From the NCBI GenBank assembly GCA_045613465.1, contig JAZLBB010000091.1:23021-87020 (forward strand): a stretch of DNA of 64,000 nucleotides. The letters run 5' to 3'. Of this stretch, positions 18,267-28,967 are shown piece after piece (the first letter of the stretch is position 1; each line of letters opens with the position of its first letter). Position numbers and translations under genes: made by a program. The notes under the pieces were generated by a model, which ran no database searches, was not told the origin of the DNA, and worked only from the letters and a program-made list of their open reading frames with translations. The DNA comes from Candidatus Egerieisoma sp. Its GTDB lineage: Bacteria > Bacteroidota > Bacteroidia > Bacteroidales > UBA932.

Positions 18267-21020
18267 TTATTTGTTTAGAAGTGCTGCAATTCTATTATGA
18301 AGGTTTTCAAGTTTGGTTGTAGCATCAGATTGTTTTTTCCTTTCCATAGCAACAACATTTTCTGGAGCGTTATTTACAAACTTCTCGTTAGAAAGCTTGC
18401 TGTTTACCTGTTTTAGGAATTTTTCGTAATACTCAATCTCTGCTTTCATCTTGGCAACCTCTTCCTCTACATTGATGTGTTCGTTTAGAGGAACAAAGAA
18501 CTCACTGGTCTTAACCATAAAGTTTACTCCTTGTGCCTGAGCATCAAATGCATCAACCACATTTACAGCTGTTATGTTTGCAAGTTTCTTTATTACTGCA
18601 TCCATTGAACTGTTGTATGGAGCTTTTGCAAATATTTCAAGTGCCTCTTTTGGTGATATCTGTTTGCTCTGTCTGATGTTTCTCACATTCATGACAATCT
18701 GAGAAGCATTTTCAAACTGCTCCAAAAGCTCTGCCTTATATGAGTCTCCTGCAGGAACGCTCTGGAACATGATTGTCTCACCCTCTTTACGAGCTTCAAG
18801 GTTCTGCCATAGTTCCTCAGTGATGAATGGCATGAACGGATGAAGAATTCTAAGCAACGAATCAAAGAATGATTTAGTTGCTTTGTATGTATCAATATCA
18901 ATACCTGCACCAAATGCTGGTTTTACCATTTCTAGATACCATGCACAGAAATCATCCCAGAACAGTTTGTAAACTTCCATCAATGCCTCAGATAGTCTGT
19001 ATTTGCCTAACAAGTCCTCTATCTCGGCACTTGTTTTTGCCAGTTTTGCTTCAAACCACTCAACTGCAACTTTAGAACTTTCAGGCTGCTGAACATTTTC
19101 GTCTGTGTTCCAACCGCTTACAAGTCGGAAAGCATTCCATATTTTATTATTGAAGTTTCTTCCCTGCTCACAAAGGGCCTCATCAAATAGTATGTCGTTA
19201 CCTGCAGGTGCAGACAACATCATACCCATACGTACTGCATCAGCGCCATATTTTGCAATCAGCTCAAGAGGATCTGGTGAGTTACCCAAAGATTTTGACA
19301 TTTTTCTGCCCAACTTGTCCCTTACTATACCTGTAAAGTAAACATTCTTGAACGGCATATCCCCTTTGTACTCATAGCCTGCCATAATCATTCTGGCAAC
19401 CCAGAAGAAAATAATATCCGGTCCGGTTACAAGGTCGCTTGTAGGATAGTAGTATTTTATCTCATCGTTGTCGGGATTATTGATTCCACCAAAAAGTGAA
19501 AGTGGCCACAACCATGATGAGAACCATGTATCCAATGCATCATCATCCTGTTTAAGCTCTTCAAGTGTTATATTCTCATAGCCAGGGAGTGCTTTTGCAA
19601 GTTCCAATGCTTTCTCAGCATTCTCTGCTACAACAAATTTCTCCTCTCCTTCTGCAGATGCAGGAAGGAAATAAGCTGGAATTCTATGTCCCCACCACAA
19701 CTGACGGCTGATACACCAGTCCTGGATGTTCTCAAGCCAATTGTTATAAGTTGTCTTGTATTTTGGAGGGTAGAATTTTAGTTCATCATTCATTACTGGT
19801 GGAAGAGCGATGTCAGCAAAGTGCTGCATTCTCAAGAACCACTGCATACAAAGGCGTGGTTCTACTGCAGTGTCTGAATTTCGCTCTGAGTATCCAACTT
19901 TATTCTGGTAGTCTTCCACTTTCTCCATTAGGCCTGCTGCCTCAAGATCTTTTACAATCTGTTTGCGGACAGCCATACGGTCCATACCTACATACATTCC
20001 TGCAGCCTCACTAAGTGTTGCATCTGCATTAAAAATGTCTATAGTCTCAAGATTGTGGGCCTTGCCAAGCATATAGTCGTTGGTATCGTGTGCAGGGGTA
20101 ACTTTAAGACAACCTGTACCAAACTCAATCTCTACGTATCTGTCCTCAATTACGGGGATTGCTCTGTTTACTAGAGGTACAATAACCTTTTTACCTTTCA
20201 ACCATGTGTTTTTAGGGTCTTTTGGATTGATACACATAGCTGTATCACCCATTATAGTTTCAGGTCGTGTGGTTGCTACTACAGCGTATCTTCTTCCCTG
20301 CTCATCTCTGTGTAGAATCTGGTGTTTTACAGTTGGATCAAACGGATCTGTTGGAGACAATGTAACTGCACCTGTCTCTTCTCCATCTGTTGATCCAGCG
20401 TTCTCCTCCACGTAATATCTCAAATAGTACAGTTTACTTTTCTCATCTCTGTAGATTACCTCCTCGTTGCTCAAAGCAGTTTGTGCTTTAGGATCCCAGT
20501 TTACCATTCTTAAACCACGGTAAATAAGACCTTTGTTATACAGATCAACGAATACTTTAATTACGCTATCACTTCTCTCCTTATCCATTGTAAAAGCAGT
20601 TCTGTCCCAATCGCAGCTTGCTCCAAGTTTTCGCAACTGCTTAAGGATAATACCGCCGTGCTCGTTTGTCCAGTCCCAAGCATGCTCTAGAAACTGCTCT
20701 CTGGTAAGGTCACTTTTTTTGATGCCCTGCTCAGACAGTCTCTTTACAACTTTAGCTTCTGTGGCAATTGATGCATGATCTGTACCTGGAACCCAGCAAG
20801 CATTTTTACCCTTCATTCTTGCTCTGCGGACCAAAATATCTTGAATTGTATTGTTCAACATATGGCCCATATGTAGTACTCCAGTTACATTTGGTGGTGG
20901 GATTACTATTGTATAAGCCTCTTTTTCATTTGGTTCCGAGTGGAAAAATTTATTTTCCAACCAATATGAGTACCACTTGTCCTCAATGTTTGCCGGATTA
21001 TATTTTGCTGGAATTTCCAT
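18267..21020 (-). CDS. valS: Valine--tRNA ligase
   Basis: 917 aa. HIGH-type motif [18 protein letters not shown] motif [10 protein letters not shown]-terminal coiled coil. Confidence 0.95.
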   Translation of the reverse strand: MEIPAKYNPANIEDKWYSYWLENKFFHSEPNEKEAYTIVIPPPNVTGVLHMGHMLNNTIQDILVRRARMKGKNACWVPGTDHASIATEAKVVKRLSEQGIKKSDLTREQFLEHAWDWTNEHGGIILKQLRKLGASCDWDRTAFTMDKERSDSVIKVFVDLYNKGLIYRGLRMVNWDPKAQTALSNEEVIYRDEKSKLYYLRYYVEENAGSTDGEETGAVTLSPTDPFDPTVKHQILHRDEQGRRYAVVATTRPETIMGDTAMCINPKDPKNTWLKGKKVIVPLVNRAIPVIEDRYVEIEFGTGCLKVTPAHDTNDYMLGKAHNLETIDIFNADATLSEAAGMYVGMDRMAVRKQIVKDLEAAGLMEKVEDYQNKVGYSERNSDTAVEPRLCMQWFLRMQHFADIALPPVMNDELKFYPPKYKTTYNNWLENIQDWCISRQLWWGHRIPAYFLPASAEGEEKFVVAENAEKALELAKALPGYENITLEELKQDDDALDTWFSSWLWPLSLFGGINNPDNDEIKYYYPTSDLVTGPDIIFFWVARMIMAGYEYKGDMPFKNVYFTGIVRDKLGRKMSKSLGNSPDPLELIAKYGADAVRMGMMLSAPAGNDILFDEALCEQGRNFNNKIWNAFRLVSGWNTDENVQQPESSKVAVEWFEAKLAKTSAEIEDLLGKYRLSEALMEVYKLFWDDFCAWYLEMVKPAFGAGIDIDTYKATKSFFDSLLRILHPFMPFITEELWQNLEARKEGETIMFQSVPAGDSYKAELLEQFENASQIVMNVRNIRQSKQISPKEALEIFAKAPYNSSMDAVIKKLANITAVNVVDAFDAQAQGVNFMVKTSEFFVPLNEHINVEEEVAKMKAEIEYYEKFLKQVNSKLSNEKFVNNAPENVVAMERKKQSDATTKLENLHNRIAALLNK

Positions 21021-21064
21021 GATAATAATTACACTTTTAAATTTATGAAAAACAGTTAGGAACG

Positions 21065-21072
21065 CAAAGTTA
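21065..21072 (-). promoter_or_regulatory. -7 box (TAACTTTG on the minus strand)
   Basis: CAAAGTTA on the + strand, 45 nt upstream of the valS ATG at 21020. Confidence 0.4.
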
Positions 21073-21119
21073 ATTAAATAAAATGTGTTGCAAAATTCTA
21101 TTTTAAATAAAATTATTAG

Positions 21120-21127
21120 TACATTTG
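21120..21127 (+). promoter_or_regulatory. -7 box TACATTTG
   Basis: TAnnTTTG match 62 nt upstream of the etfB ATG at 21189. Confidence 0.4.
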
Positions 21128-21188
21128 CTTGTTAATACTATTTGTATAAAACTATAAACCTATACGAGAAAGCATAGATTACAGAGTT

Positions 21189-22064
21189 ATGACAAAAAAA
21201 ATAAAGATTGTTGTTTTGGCAAAACAAGTGCCAGACACCAGGAATGTCGGTAAAAATGCTATGACTCCGGAGGGAACTGTAAACAGAGCTGCCCTACCGG
21301 CTATTTTCAATCCAGAAGACATGAATGCCTTGGAACAGGCATTGTATATTAAAGATCAGAATCCGGGTTCTGAGGTTCTTCTGCTAACAATGGGACCTTT
21401 CAGAGCTGCTGATATTATCCGTGAGGGATTGTTCAGAGGTGCTGATGGTGGTGTATTGCTTACTGACAGAAAGTTTGCAGGTGCCGATACATTGGCAACA
21501 TCGTATGCCCTTTCACAAGCTATCAAAAAAATAAATCCAGATATTATTCTTGCAGGCAGACAGGCTATTGATGGTGATACTGCTCAGGTTGGTCCTCAGG
21601 TAGCTGAAAAACTTAATCTTCCGCAAGTTACTTACGCAGAGGAGATTCTTGAAATTTCAGATAGTAAAGTTGTCATTAAGAGAAGACTAGAGAGAGGTGT
21701 AGAGGTTGTATCATGTACTCTTCCATGTCTTGTAACTGTTCATGCAACTGCTGCACCATGCCGTCCAAGACATGCAAAACAGGTAATGAAATATAAATAT
21801 GCAAGAACTGTAACTGAGGATACAGCTGAGGGGGCAAACTACCTGCTATCTCTTTCAGATTATCCTTACTTGAAGATTACTGAGTGGGGTACTGCTGATG
21901 TAGGAGGTGAAGATTCAAGTTACGGTATGGCAGGCTCACCTACTAAAGTGAAAAAAGTTGAGAATATTGTATTTCAGGCTAAAGAGGCAAAGAAACTTAC
22001 AGCTTCAAATGAGGATATTGATTCTTTGATTTCAGAGCTTCTTGCAAATCATACAATTGGCTAA
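21189..22064 (+). CDS. etfB: Electron transfer flavoprotein beta subunit
   Basis: 291 aa. KIVVLAKQVPDT...NPEDMNALEQAL...GRQAIDGDTAQVGPQVAEKLNLPQVTY is typical of EtfB/FixA. Confidence 0.9.
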   Translation: MTKKIKIVVLAKQVPDTRNVGKNAMTPEGTVNRAALPAIFNPEDMNALEQALYIKDQNPGSEVLLLTMGPFRAADIIREGLFRGADGGVLLTDRKFAGADTLATSYALSQAIKKINPDIILAGRQAIDGDTAQVGPQVAEKLNLPQVTYAEEILEISDSKVVIKRRLERGVEVVSCTLPCLVTVHATAAPCRPRHAKQVMKYKYARTVTEDTAEGANYLLSLSDYPYLKITEWGTADVGGEDSSYGMAGSPTKVKKVENIVFQAKEAKKLTASNEDIDSLISELLANHTIG

Positions 22065-22092
22065 CAGAGTATTAATTTGAAAAGAAAACGAC

Positions 22093-23109
22093 ATGAACAA
22101 CATTATAGTTTTTTGTGAAACAGACAACGGAAAATTGTGCGATGTGAGCCTTGAGCTTATGACTAAGGCAAGATCTTTAGCACATACCCTCAATTGTGAC
22201 CTAGAGGCGCTACTTATAGGTTACAATGTAGAGAATCTTAAAGATGAACTTTATCTGTACGGTGCAAAAACTGTACACTTGGCTGATGATAAACAGCTTG
22301 AATTTTTTAGAACACTGCCATATGCTTCTATTGCAATTTCATTATTCAAACAGGAGCAGCCTCAGATTGCCCTATTTGGCGCTACATGTATAGGCCGTGA
22401 TTTGGCTCCAAGAATTTCAAGTGCGCTTCATAGTGGTCTTACTGCAGACTGTACATCTCTTGAAATTGGTGATCATCAGGATACGAAGGGTAATAAATGG
22501 GATAATCTTTTATATCAGATTCGTCCTGCATTCGGCGGTAACATCATTGCAACTATAGTAAATCCTGAGCATAGACCTCAAATGGCTACTGTACGTGAGG
22601 GTGTTATGAAAAAAGAGGCCCTTGAGCAACCAGTTGCTGGTTCTGTTAAAAAGATTGATGTAGCTTCTATTCTTACTGATGCTGATTATGCTGTTGAGAT
22701 TATTGAGAGACACATTGAGGAGAAAAAAATTGATATTAAAGGAGCTCAGATAATTGTAGCTGGAGGTTATGGAGTAGGAAGTAAAGAGGGTTTTGCCCTT
22801 GTTAATGAACTTGCTAAAGTTCTTGGTGCAGAGGTAGGTGCTTCTCGTGCTGCAGTTGATGCAGGATTTGTTGAGCATGAGAGACAGATTGGTCAGACAG
22901 GTGTGACTGTAAGACCTAAACTATTTATTTCTGTAGGTATTTCCGGCCAGATTCAGCATACAGCCGGTATGGATCAGTCGTCAATGATCATTTCTATCAA
23001 CAACGATCCTAACGCACCTATCCATCAGATTGCTGACTATTCAATCATTGGAGATCTTAATGAAGTATTACCTAAGATGATTGCATCTTACAAAAAACAT
23101 AGCAAATAA
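22093..23109 (+). CDS. etfA: Electron transfer flavoprotein alpha subunit
   Basis: 338 aa. C-terminal FAD-binding motif GISGQIQHTAGM and VGASRAAVDAG. Confidence 0.9.
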   Translation: MNNIIVFCETDNGKLCDVSLELMTKARSLAHTLNCDLEALLIGYNVENLKDELYLYGAKTVHLADDKQLEFFRTLPYASIAISLFKQEQPQIALFGATCIGRDLAPRISSALHSGLTADCTSLEIGDHQDTKGNKWDNLLYQIRPAFGGNIIATIVNPEHRPQMATVREGVMKKEALEQPVAGSVKKIDVASILTDADYAVEIIERHIEEKKIDIKGAQIIVAGGYGVGSKEGFALVNELAKVLGAEVGASRAAVDAGFVEHERQIGQTGVTVRPKLFISVGISGQIQHTAGMDQSSMIISINNDPNAPIHQIADYSIIGDLNEVLPKMIASYKKHSK

Positions 23110-23110
23110 T

Positions 23111-24841
23111 ATGGCAAATTTCTATAAAGACAATTCAGAGTTGAAATTCCAGTTCAGTCATCCCCTAATGGAGAAGATTGTAACATTGAAAGAGGATAAT
23201 TTCAAGGATTTCGGCAAATATGATTATGCTCCTGCCAATGTTGAAGATGCAATAGATTCTTACGACAAAGTAATGGAGATTATCGGCGAGATTTGTGGTG
23301 AAGTTCTTGCCCCTAATGCTGAGCAGGTTGACCATGATGGTCCTGTTTGTGCTAACGGAAGAATCACGTATGCAGCAGGCACTCAGCAGAACCATGAAGC
23401 ACTTACTCAAGCAGGTGTATACGGTTTGAGCCTTCCAAGAGAGTATGGTGGACTAAATTTCAGTATGGTCCCTTATGTAATGGCAGCAGAGCTCGTTTCA
23501 CGTGCGGATGCTGGTTTTGCAAATATTTGGGGATTGCAGGATTGTGCTGAGACAATTCATGAGTTTGCAAGCAAGGAGATTAAAGAGGAGTTCCTTCCAA
23601 GAATAAATAAAGGTGACACATGTTCTATGGACCTTACAGAACCTGATGCCGGATCAGACCTTCAGTCTGTAATGCTTAAAGCTACATGGAACGAGGAGAA
23701 GCAGATGTGGTACCTTAATGGTGTAAAACGTTTCATTACCAATGGAGACGCTGAAATCAAGCTTGTACTTGCACGTTCTGAGGAGGGTACAACTGATGGT
23801 CGTGGCCTTTCATATTTTGTTTATGATAAAGCATGGGGCGGTGTAACTGTCAGACGTATTGAGAATAAACTTGGCATTAAAGGTTCCCCTACTGCTGAGC
23901 TTGTATTCAAAAATGCTCCTGCTAAAATTGTAGGTGACAGAAAAATGGGTCTTATCAAATATGTGATGTCTTTGATGAACGGTGCCAGACTTGGTGTAGG
24001 GGCTCAGTCAGTAGGTTTGTCAGAGGCAGCATACAGAGAGGCTTTGAAATATGCACACGAGCGTGTTCAGTACAAAAAAGCTATTATCAACTTCCCTGCA
24101 GTTTATGAATTGTTGGCAGTTATGAAGGCAAAACTTCAGGCTTCTCGTGCAATCCTATACGAAACAACTAGATTTGTTGATATCTATAAAGCGTACAATG
24201 CAATTGCTGAGGAGAGAAAACTTACTCCTGAGGAGAGACAGGATTCCAAAAAATACAGCAAATATGCCGATATGTTCACTCCAGTACTTAAGATGATGTC
24301 ATCTGAGTATGCTAACCAGAATGCATATGATGCAATTCAGGTACACGGAGGTTCTGGTTTTATGAAAGAGTATCCTGTAGAGAGACTTTACAGAGATGCA
24401 AGAATCCTTACCATATACGAGGGAACTTCACAGCTTCAGACAGTAGCTGCTATCCGTTATGTAACTAACGGTTCATATCTTGCAAAAATCAAAGAGTATG
24501 AGGCAATTGAAGTTAAGCCGGAGTACGCCCAACTTAAAGCAAAACTTGTAGCAATGACAGCACAATATGAGGCTGCATGTGAGGCAGTACAGGGTAAAGG
24601 TGAGGAATATATTGATTTCCATGCCAGAAGACTTGTAGAGATGGCAGCTCACATCATTATGTCATACCTATTGATCATAGATGCACAAAGCAACGATGCA
24701 TTTGCAAGATCTGCCGAGGTTTATACAAATAAATCCGAGGCATGGAACAATGAGAGAGCATCATATATTGCATCTTTCAAACTTGAGGATCTTGCAGCAT
24801 TTGCTGCAATTAAAGATGAGTTCGTGGCAGAAGAGAACTAA
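23111..24841 (+). CDS. Long-form acyl-CoA dehydrogenase
   Basis: Start set at the ATG at 23111 (MANFYKDN...), 1 nt after the etfA stop. The track start at 23081 overlaps etfA. ACAD motifs TEPDAGSD, RFITNG, IYEGTSQLQ. Confidence 0.9.
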   Translation: MANFYKDNSELKFQFSHPLMEKIVTLKEDNFKDFGKYDYAPANVEDAIDSYDKVMEIIGEICGEVLAPNAEQVDHDGPVCANGRITYAAGTQQNHEALTQAGVYGLSLPREYGGLNFSMVPYVMAAELVSRADAGFANIWGLQDCAETIHEFASKEIKEEFLPRINKGDTCSMDLTEPDAGSDLQSVMLKATWNEEKQMWYLNGVKRFITNGDAEIKLVLARSEEGTTDGRGLSYFVYDKAWGGVTVRRIENKLGIKGSPTAELVFKNAPAKIVGDRKMGLIKYVMSLMNGARLGVGAQSVGLSEAAYREALKYAHERVQYKKAIINFPAVYELLAVMKAKLQASRAILYETTRFVDIYKAYNAIAEERKLTPEERQDSKKYSKYADMFTPVLKMMSSEYANQNAYDAIQVHGGSGFMKEYPVERLYRDARILTIYEGTSQLQTVAAIRYVTNGSYLAKIKEYEAIEVKPEYAQLKAKLVAMTAQYEAACEAVQGKGEEYIDFHARRLVEMAAHIIMSYLLIIDAQSNDAFARSAEVYTNKSEAWNNERASYIASFKLEDLAAFAAIKDEFVAEEN

Positions 24842-24863
24842 TTTCTTCCCGACAGATACTATA

Positions 24864-24892
24864 AAGGCCTCCCCTTCAGGAGGCTTTTTTTT
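24864..24892 (+). terminator. Rho-independent terminator after the etfBA-acd operon
   Basis: Stem gcctcc/ggaggc (extendable by A-U/G-U pairs) with loop ccttca, followed by T8. Confidence 0.75.
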
Positions 24893-25003
24893 GATATTTA
24901 ACTTTTTAACGTTCTCTTGATTATTACCAATAATTTTTTGGTCTCGTTTCTATATGTTGTCCAACATTTGTTCTCTTGAGATAAGTGTAGTCAATCTTTT
25001 ATT

Positions 25004-25011
25004 TATATTTG
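25004..25011 (+). promoter_or_regulatory. -7 box TATATTTG
   Basis: 18 nt upstream of the ATG at 25029. Confidence 0.5.
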
Positions 25012-25028
25012 CAGAAAAATATTAACGT

Positions 25029-25748
25029 ATGAAAAAACTGTTTTTAATATCTCTGTTTACTCTTTTGTCAACTGTAATGTTTGGTCAATTGAATCTTCAA
25101 TTGCACTCAGATTTAGGTAATACTTTTTATGGTAAAGAGCTCTCTAACCGTCCAAAAGTAACTGCAACAATAGAGAATTTTACTCCCGACAAATGGGGAA
25201 GCACATTTTTCTTTGTAGATGCAGATTTTGTGGACAACAAAATGGGCAGTGTGTATGCCGAACTTGCAAGGGAGTTTGTATTTCAGGATGTTCCTCTTGC
25301 ATTGCATATTGAGTATAACGGTGGTTTGTCGGGTGCCGGCAGCTATAATGACGCTTATCTTGTTGGTGCTGCATATAACTGGGCAAATAAGGATTTTTCC
25401 AAGACACTTTCATTCCAGGCAATGTATAAATATCTGGCCAACCAGCCAGTGGGTACCCATCACAGCTGGCAGATGACATGCGTTTGGGGGCTTCATTTTG
25501 CAGATGGTATGTTCTCATTCTCCGGTTTTGCTGATTTGTGGCATGATAATGCAGTGGATGGTAATTTTGTTTTCTGTAGCGAACCACAATTATGGTTGCA
25601 TCTGAATGCATTGAACGGTATTGATGATGAATGTAAAGTAAGTATTGGAACTGAGTTTGAAATTTCCAATAACCTTGTTTGGCCTTCAAACGGATTGAAT
25701 GATGAGTTCTATATTATCCCTACTTTGGCCGTTAAATGGACTTTCTAA
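25029..25748 (+). CDS. Outer-membrane beta-barrel protein, DUF5020/Tsx-like
   Basis: 239 aa. Signal peptide, N-terminal LQLHSDLGN...PDKWGSTFFFVDADF, aromatic-rich alternating strands, C-terminal ...LAVKWTF. Confidence 0.6.
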   Translation: MKKLFLISLFTLLSTVMFGQLNLQLHSDLGNTFYGKELSNRPKVTATIENFTPDKWGSTFFFVDADFVDNKMGSVYAELAREFVFQDVPLALHIEYNGGLSGAGSYNDAYLVGAAYNWANKDFSKTLSFQAMYKYLANQPVGTHHSWQMTCVWGLHFADGMFSFSGFADLWHDNAVDGNFVFCSEPQLWLHLNALNGIDDECKVSIGTEFEISNNLVWPSNGLNDEFYIIPTLAVKWTF

Positions 25749-25765
25749 ACCTGTCGGGACAAAAA

Positions 25766-26566
25766 ATGTATAGAATAAGTATTGTTGGGGCAGGAAATGT
25801 AGCATTCAGGATGGCTTTGTTCCTTCAGGGTGCAGGGCACAGTATTGAGTGTGTATGTGCCAGAGATTTGGAGAAAGGTGAAAAAATTGTGAGAGCGTTA
25901 AAACGCACCAGGAGTGAAGCGTTTGTTACTTCTGATTTCTCTCAAATCCCTGAGTGCGACATGGTTGTAATTGCTGTAAGTGATAATGCAATTGGACAGG
26001 TAGCTAAACAGCTTCCCAATAAGGACCAGTTTACAGTTCATACCAGTGGTGCAACAAATTCTGATGTTTTGGAGAATTCTGGTCTTACAAATTATGGTGT
26101 ACTTTATCCTCTGATGACTTTGAGTATGCATAAGGATATGGATATCAGATTGGTCCCTTTCCTTTTGGAGGCAAATTCCAGTTCTGGTATGAATATCCTT
26201 ACAGGGGTGGTCTCTTCTTTAAAAGCAGAATTTAAGATTTGTGACTCTGCAAAGAGGTTGCAGTTTCATACAGCAGCAATATTTGCTACTAATATTATAA
26301 ACTATTCACTCTCTTTGGCATATGATATTGCAAGTCCGGATTTTACTTTCTTGCTCCCAAGTGCAATAGAGAGTGTGAGAAAAGCGTTTCTGCACAATCC
26401 TATAGTTTCGCAGACAGGACCAGCCCGTAGAGGAGATACAAATACAATAGAGAAACACAGGCAAGTTCTTTCCCAAGACAAATACAGTGAACATCTTGAG
26501 GTATATAACTTCCTGACAGAGAAAATTTTTAAGAAATATAATCCCGACAGCAATGAGCAATTATAA
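25766..26566 (+). CDS. Rossmann-fold NAD(P)-binding protein, DUF2520-type (ProC-like N-domain)
   Basis: Start chosen at MYRISIVGAGNVAF (GxGxxA dinucleotide fold). The track start at 25736 overlaps the upstream gene. Confidence 0.6.
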   Translation: MYRISIVGAGNVAFRMALFLQGAGHSIECVCARDLEKGEKIVRALKRTRSEAFVTSDFSQIPECDMVVIAVSDNAIGQVAKQLPNKDQFTVHTSGATNSDVLENSGLTNYGVLYPLMTLSMHKDMDIRLVPFLLEANSSSGMNILTGVVSSLKAEFKICDSAKRLQFHTAAIFATNIINYSLSLAYDIASPDFTFLLPSAIESVRKAFLHNPIVSQTGPARRGDTNTIEKHRQVLSQDKYSEHLEVYNFLTEKIFKKYNPDSNEQL

Positions 26567-27107
26567 GACTAAACTTAAAGATATAAAAGGTTTTGCATTT
26601 GATGTAGATGGTGTGTTTACAGATGGAAGTGTTCTTGTGGCATCTGATGGTGACCTATTGCGTATTCATAATGCTAAAGATGGTTTTGGTGTAAGGTGGG
26701 CTTTTTTGTGCGGTTATCATATTGGGATAATTACTGGTGCTTATTCAGAATCTGTAAGGAAACGTTTTCAAGGCATTGGAATTGAGCACATATATTTGAA
26801 ATCGAGGGATAAACTTCCTGATTTTTATGATTTTTGCAATAAATGTGGAATTTCACCCAAAGAGGTTGCATTTGTAGGTGATGATATTCCTGATATCCCT
26901 ATTCTAAAGGAGTGCGGATTGGCTGTTTGCCCTTCAGATGCAGTTCAAGAGGTTAAGGATGTTTGTGATTTTGTTTCATCATATCCTGGAGGAAAAGGTT
27001 GTGTTAGGGATCTTATAGAGCAGGTTCTGAAAATTCAGGGCAAATGGGAGTTCAATGCTGAGCTTTATGCAGGTAAGTTTGGTCATGGTATGGATGATAA
27101 AAAGTAA
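26553..27107 (+). CDS. kdsC: KDO 8-phosphate phosphatase (HAD-IIIA)
   Basis: 184 aa. FAFDVDGVFTDG motif I and FVGDDIPDIP motif. Confidence 0.8.
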   Translation: MSNYKTKLKDIKGFAFDVDGVFTDGSVLVASDGDLLRIHNAKDGFGVRWAFLCGYHIGIITGAYSESVRKRFQGIGIEHIYLKSRDKLPDFYDFCNKCGISPKEVAFVGDDIPDIPILKECGLAVCPSDAVQEVKDVCDFVSSYPGGKGCVRDLIEQVLKIQGKWEFNAELYAGKFGHGMDDKK

Positions 27108-27116
27108 TTACAGAGT

Positions 27117-27701
27117 ATGTTACAACAGATTTTATCGGGAAGAAAACTGATTTTGGCCTCGGCCTCTCCACGAAGGAAAGAGCTTCTTGCAGGGTTGGGT
27201 GTTGATTTTATAATTGATACCGAAAATACTTTTGAGGAGGTTATTCCCGATTGCATGCCTTACCCGCAAGTTCCTGAGTATATGGCAAAGGGTAAGTCAC
27301 ATGGATTTCATAGAGAAATTGTAGATGGAGAAATTATCATTACTGCAGATACAATGGTACTTTGTGATGATGAAATTATGGGAAAGCCAAAAGATAGGGA
27401 TGATGCGGTAAGAATGACTTTAAAACTACAGGATAATACTCATACTGTATATACTGGAGTATGTATAAGATCATTGCAGAAGGAGGTAAGTTTTACTGTT
27501 GCAACAGATGTACATTTTGGTGTACTTTCTCCCGAAGAAGTTGATTATTATATTGATACTTATAAACCTTATGATAAAGCCGGCGCATATGGTGTTCAGG
27601 AATGGATAGGATATGCGGCTATAAAAGGGATTGAAGGCTCTTTCTATAATGTGATGGGATTGCCTGTACACAGATTATATCATGAATTGAAAGCTTTTTA
27701 A
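27117..27701 (+). CDS. maf: Maf-family nucleoside triphosphate pyrophosphatase
   Basis: 194 aa. LILASASPRRKELL and KAGAYGVQE signatures. Confidence 0.9.
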   Translation: MLQQILSGRKLILASASPRRKELLAGLGVDFIIDTENTFEEVIPDCMPYPQVPEYMAKGKSHGFHREIVDGEIIITADTMVLCDDEIMGKPKDRDDAVRMTLKLQDNTHTVYTGVCIRSLQKEVSFTVATDVHFGVLSPEEVDYYIDTYKPYDKAGAYGVQEWIGYAAIKGIEGSFYNVMGLPVHRLYHELKAF

Positions 27702-27729
27702 AATACCTTTTAATCTAATTCTCTTATAT

Positions 27730-28932
27730 ATGAAAACTAAATTTATTTGGTTTGTCTTCTCTTTAATTTTTGCTGTATCATTTTTTACGGCATGTAATCC
27801 TGCAGAAGATAAGGTTGTTGTAAGGCATAGGATTGTTACAAACAATAAGGTCTTACATATATATAAAGATACAATTCCCGGAGCAGAGCTGTTGTCAAAA
27901 CTAAATCCCGGACATGAAGTATTCTATCCTGAAAGGAAGTCAAATAATTGGATACGGGTAAATATACAGGAGCATGGTTCAAGATCTGGATATATAAGGC
28001 CTCATAATATGGTCTCAGATACTACAATCATTACACATTCCAGTGTATTGAGAGATAAGTATAATCAGCCTAAGGTTGCAGCTCTGGATGAAAAGTTTGA
28101 TTCCATTGCGATAGCTTATCTTAAACGTTTTCCTATTAAAAAGACTAATTTTTGGATTTTTGCTATAGTCATTGCTATTGGTATTGGAACATTCTATTCA
28201 ATTTCTGATACCGATATTCCAACGTTAGCCCAGATTCTTGCATTACTGATTTATTCTCCATTTGCCTTATGGGTAGCCTTCAATATACATCAGTACGGTT
28301 TATCCCAGATAGACGGTTTTCTGTTCAGGTTGATAATACTGCTGGCCGTATTGGCACTTACAGTGTTTATGATTACCGGTATAACAGCATCTGTTGGCAA
28401 ATTTATAGGGCACAAGTTTACTTTCAAGTTCTGTACAGGTACATCATTAGGTATTTATCTTGTCTATTTTGGTATTGCTTTTCTTCACAGATTGTCGGAT
28501 TTTTTCTATAAGGTTGCTATCTTCATTTATGCTCTTTTCTTCTTGTATTATGTCGTAGCACGTATTATACACATATTCAAGAATTTTGATTTTAAAATCA
28601 TATTTATCTTCTCTTTCTGTATTGAGCTTGTTGTATTCTTTATTTGTATTTTATTGGTGAATGTCATACTTATTCCAATGCAGTTGGTGTCATCAATCCT
28701 TATTACACATTTGTCGGGATTATTATTGATGGGCTGCATGTTTGTATCTTTCTTCAGTTTCCTTGCACTTCACAATTCTTCAGGAGATTCAGAAGAACCT
28801 TATATCATTGATCGTTTCTATGATGATTTTGGTATAGTAATGGATAGGAAAAGTGATGGATATTGGTATGATCAACAAGGATACAAGTATAAAGATAGGG
28901 ATGGTAATGAAAGAGTTAGTGGGAAATACTGA
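27730..28932 (+). CDS. Hypothetical lipoprotein-anchored polytopic membrane protein with SH3b-like N-domain
   Basis: 400 aa. Lipobox FFTAC. NWIRVNIQEHGSRSGYIRPHNM resembles SH3b. About 7-8 hydrophobic helices. Charged Tyr/Asp-rich tail. Confidence 0.6.
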   Translation: MKTKFIWFVFSLIFAVSFFTACNPAEDKVVVRHRIVTNNKVLHIYKDTIPGAELLSKLNPGHEVFYPERKSNNWIRVNIQEHGSRSGYIRPHNMVSDTTIITHSSVLRDKYNQPKVAALDEKFDSIAIAYLKRFPIKKTNFWIFAIVIAIGIGTFYSISDTDIPTLAQILALLIYSPFALWVAFNIHQYGLSQIDGFLFRLIILLAVLALTVFMITGITASVGKFIGHKFTFKFCTGTSLGIYLVYFGIAFLHRLSDFFYKVAIFIYALFFLYYVVARIIHIFKNFDFKIIFIFSFCIELVVFFICILLVNVILIPMQLVSSILITHLSGLLLMGCMFVSFFSFLALHNSSGDSEEPYIIDRFYDDFGIVMDRKSDGYWYDQQGYKYKDRDGNERVSGKY

Positions 28933-28933
28933 T

Positions 28934-28967
28934 AAAAAATGTAACCTCATGAGGTTACATTTTTTTT
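28934..28967. terminator. Bidirectional terminator between the membrane protein gene and recQ
   Basis: Perfect palindrome aaaaaatgtaacctca/tgaggttacatttttt. It overlaps the recQ stop codon. Confidence 0.75.

Noticed and set aside
25180-25689. 169-aa minus-strand ORF opposite the DUF5020 gene.
   Set aside because: It is His/Gln/Arg/Cys-rich with no signal or domain. The + strand gene has a signal peptide, a promoter box and beta-barrel periodicity.
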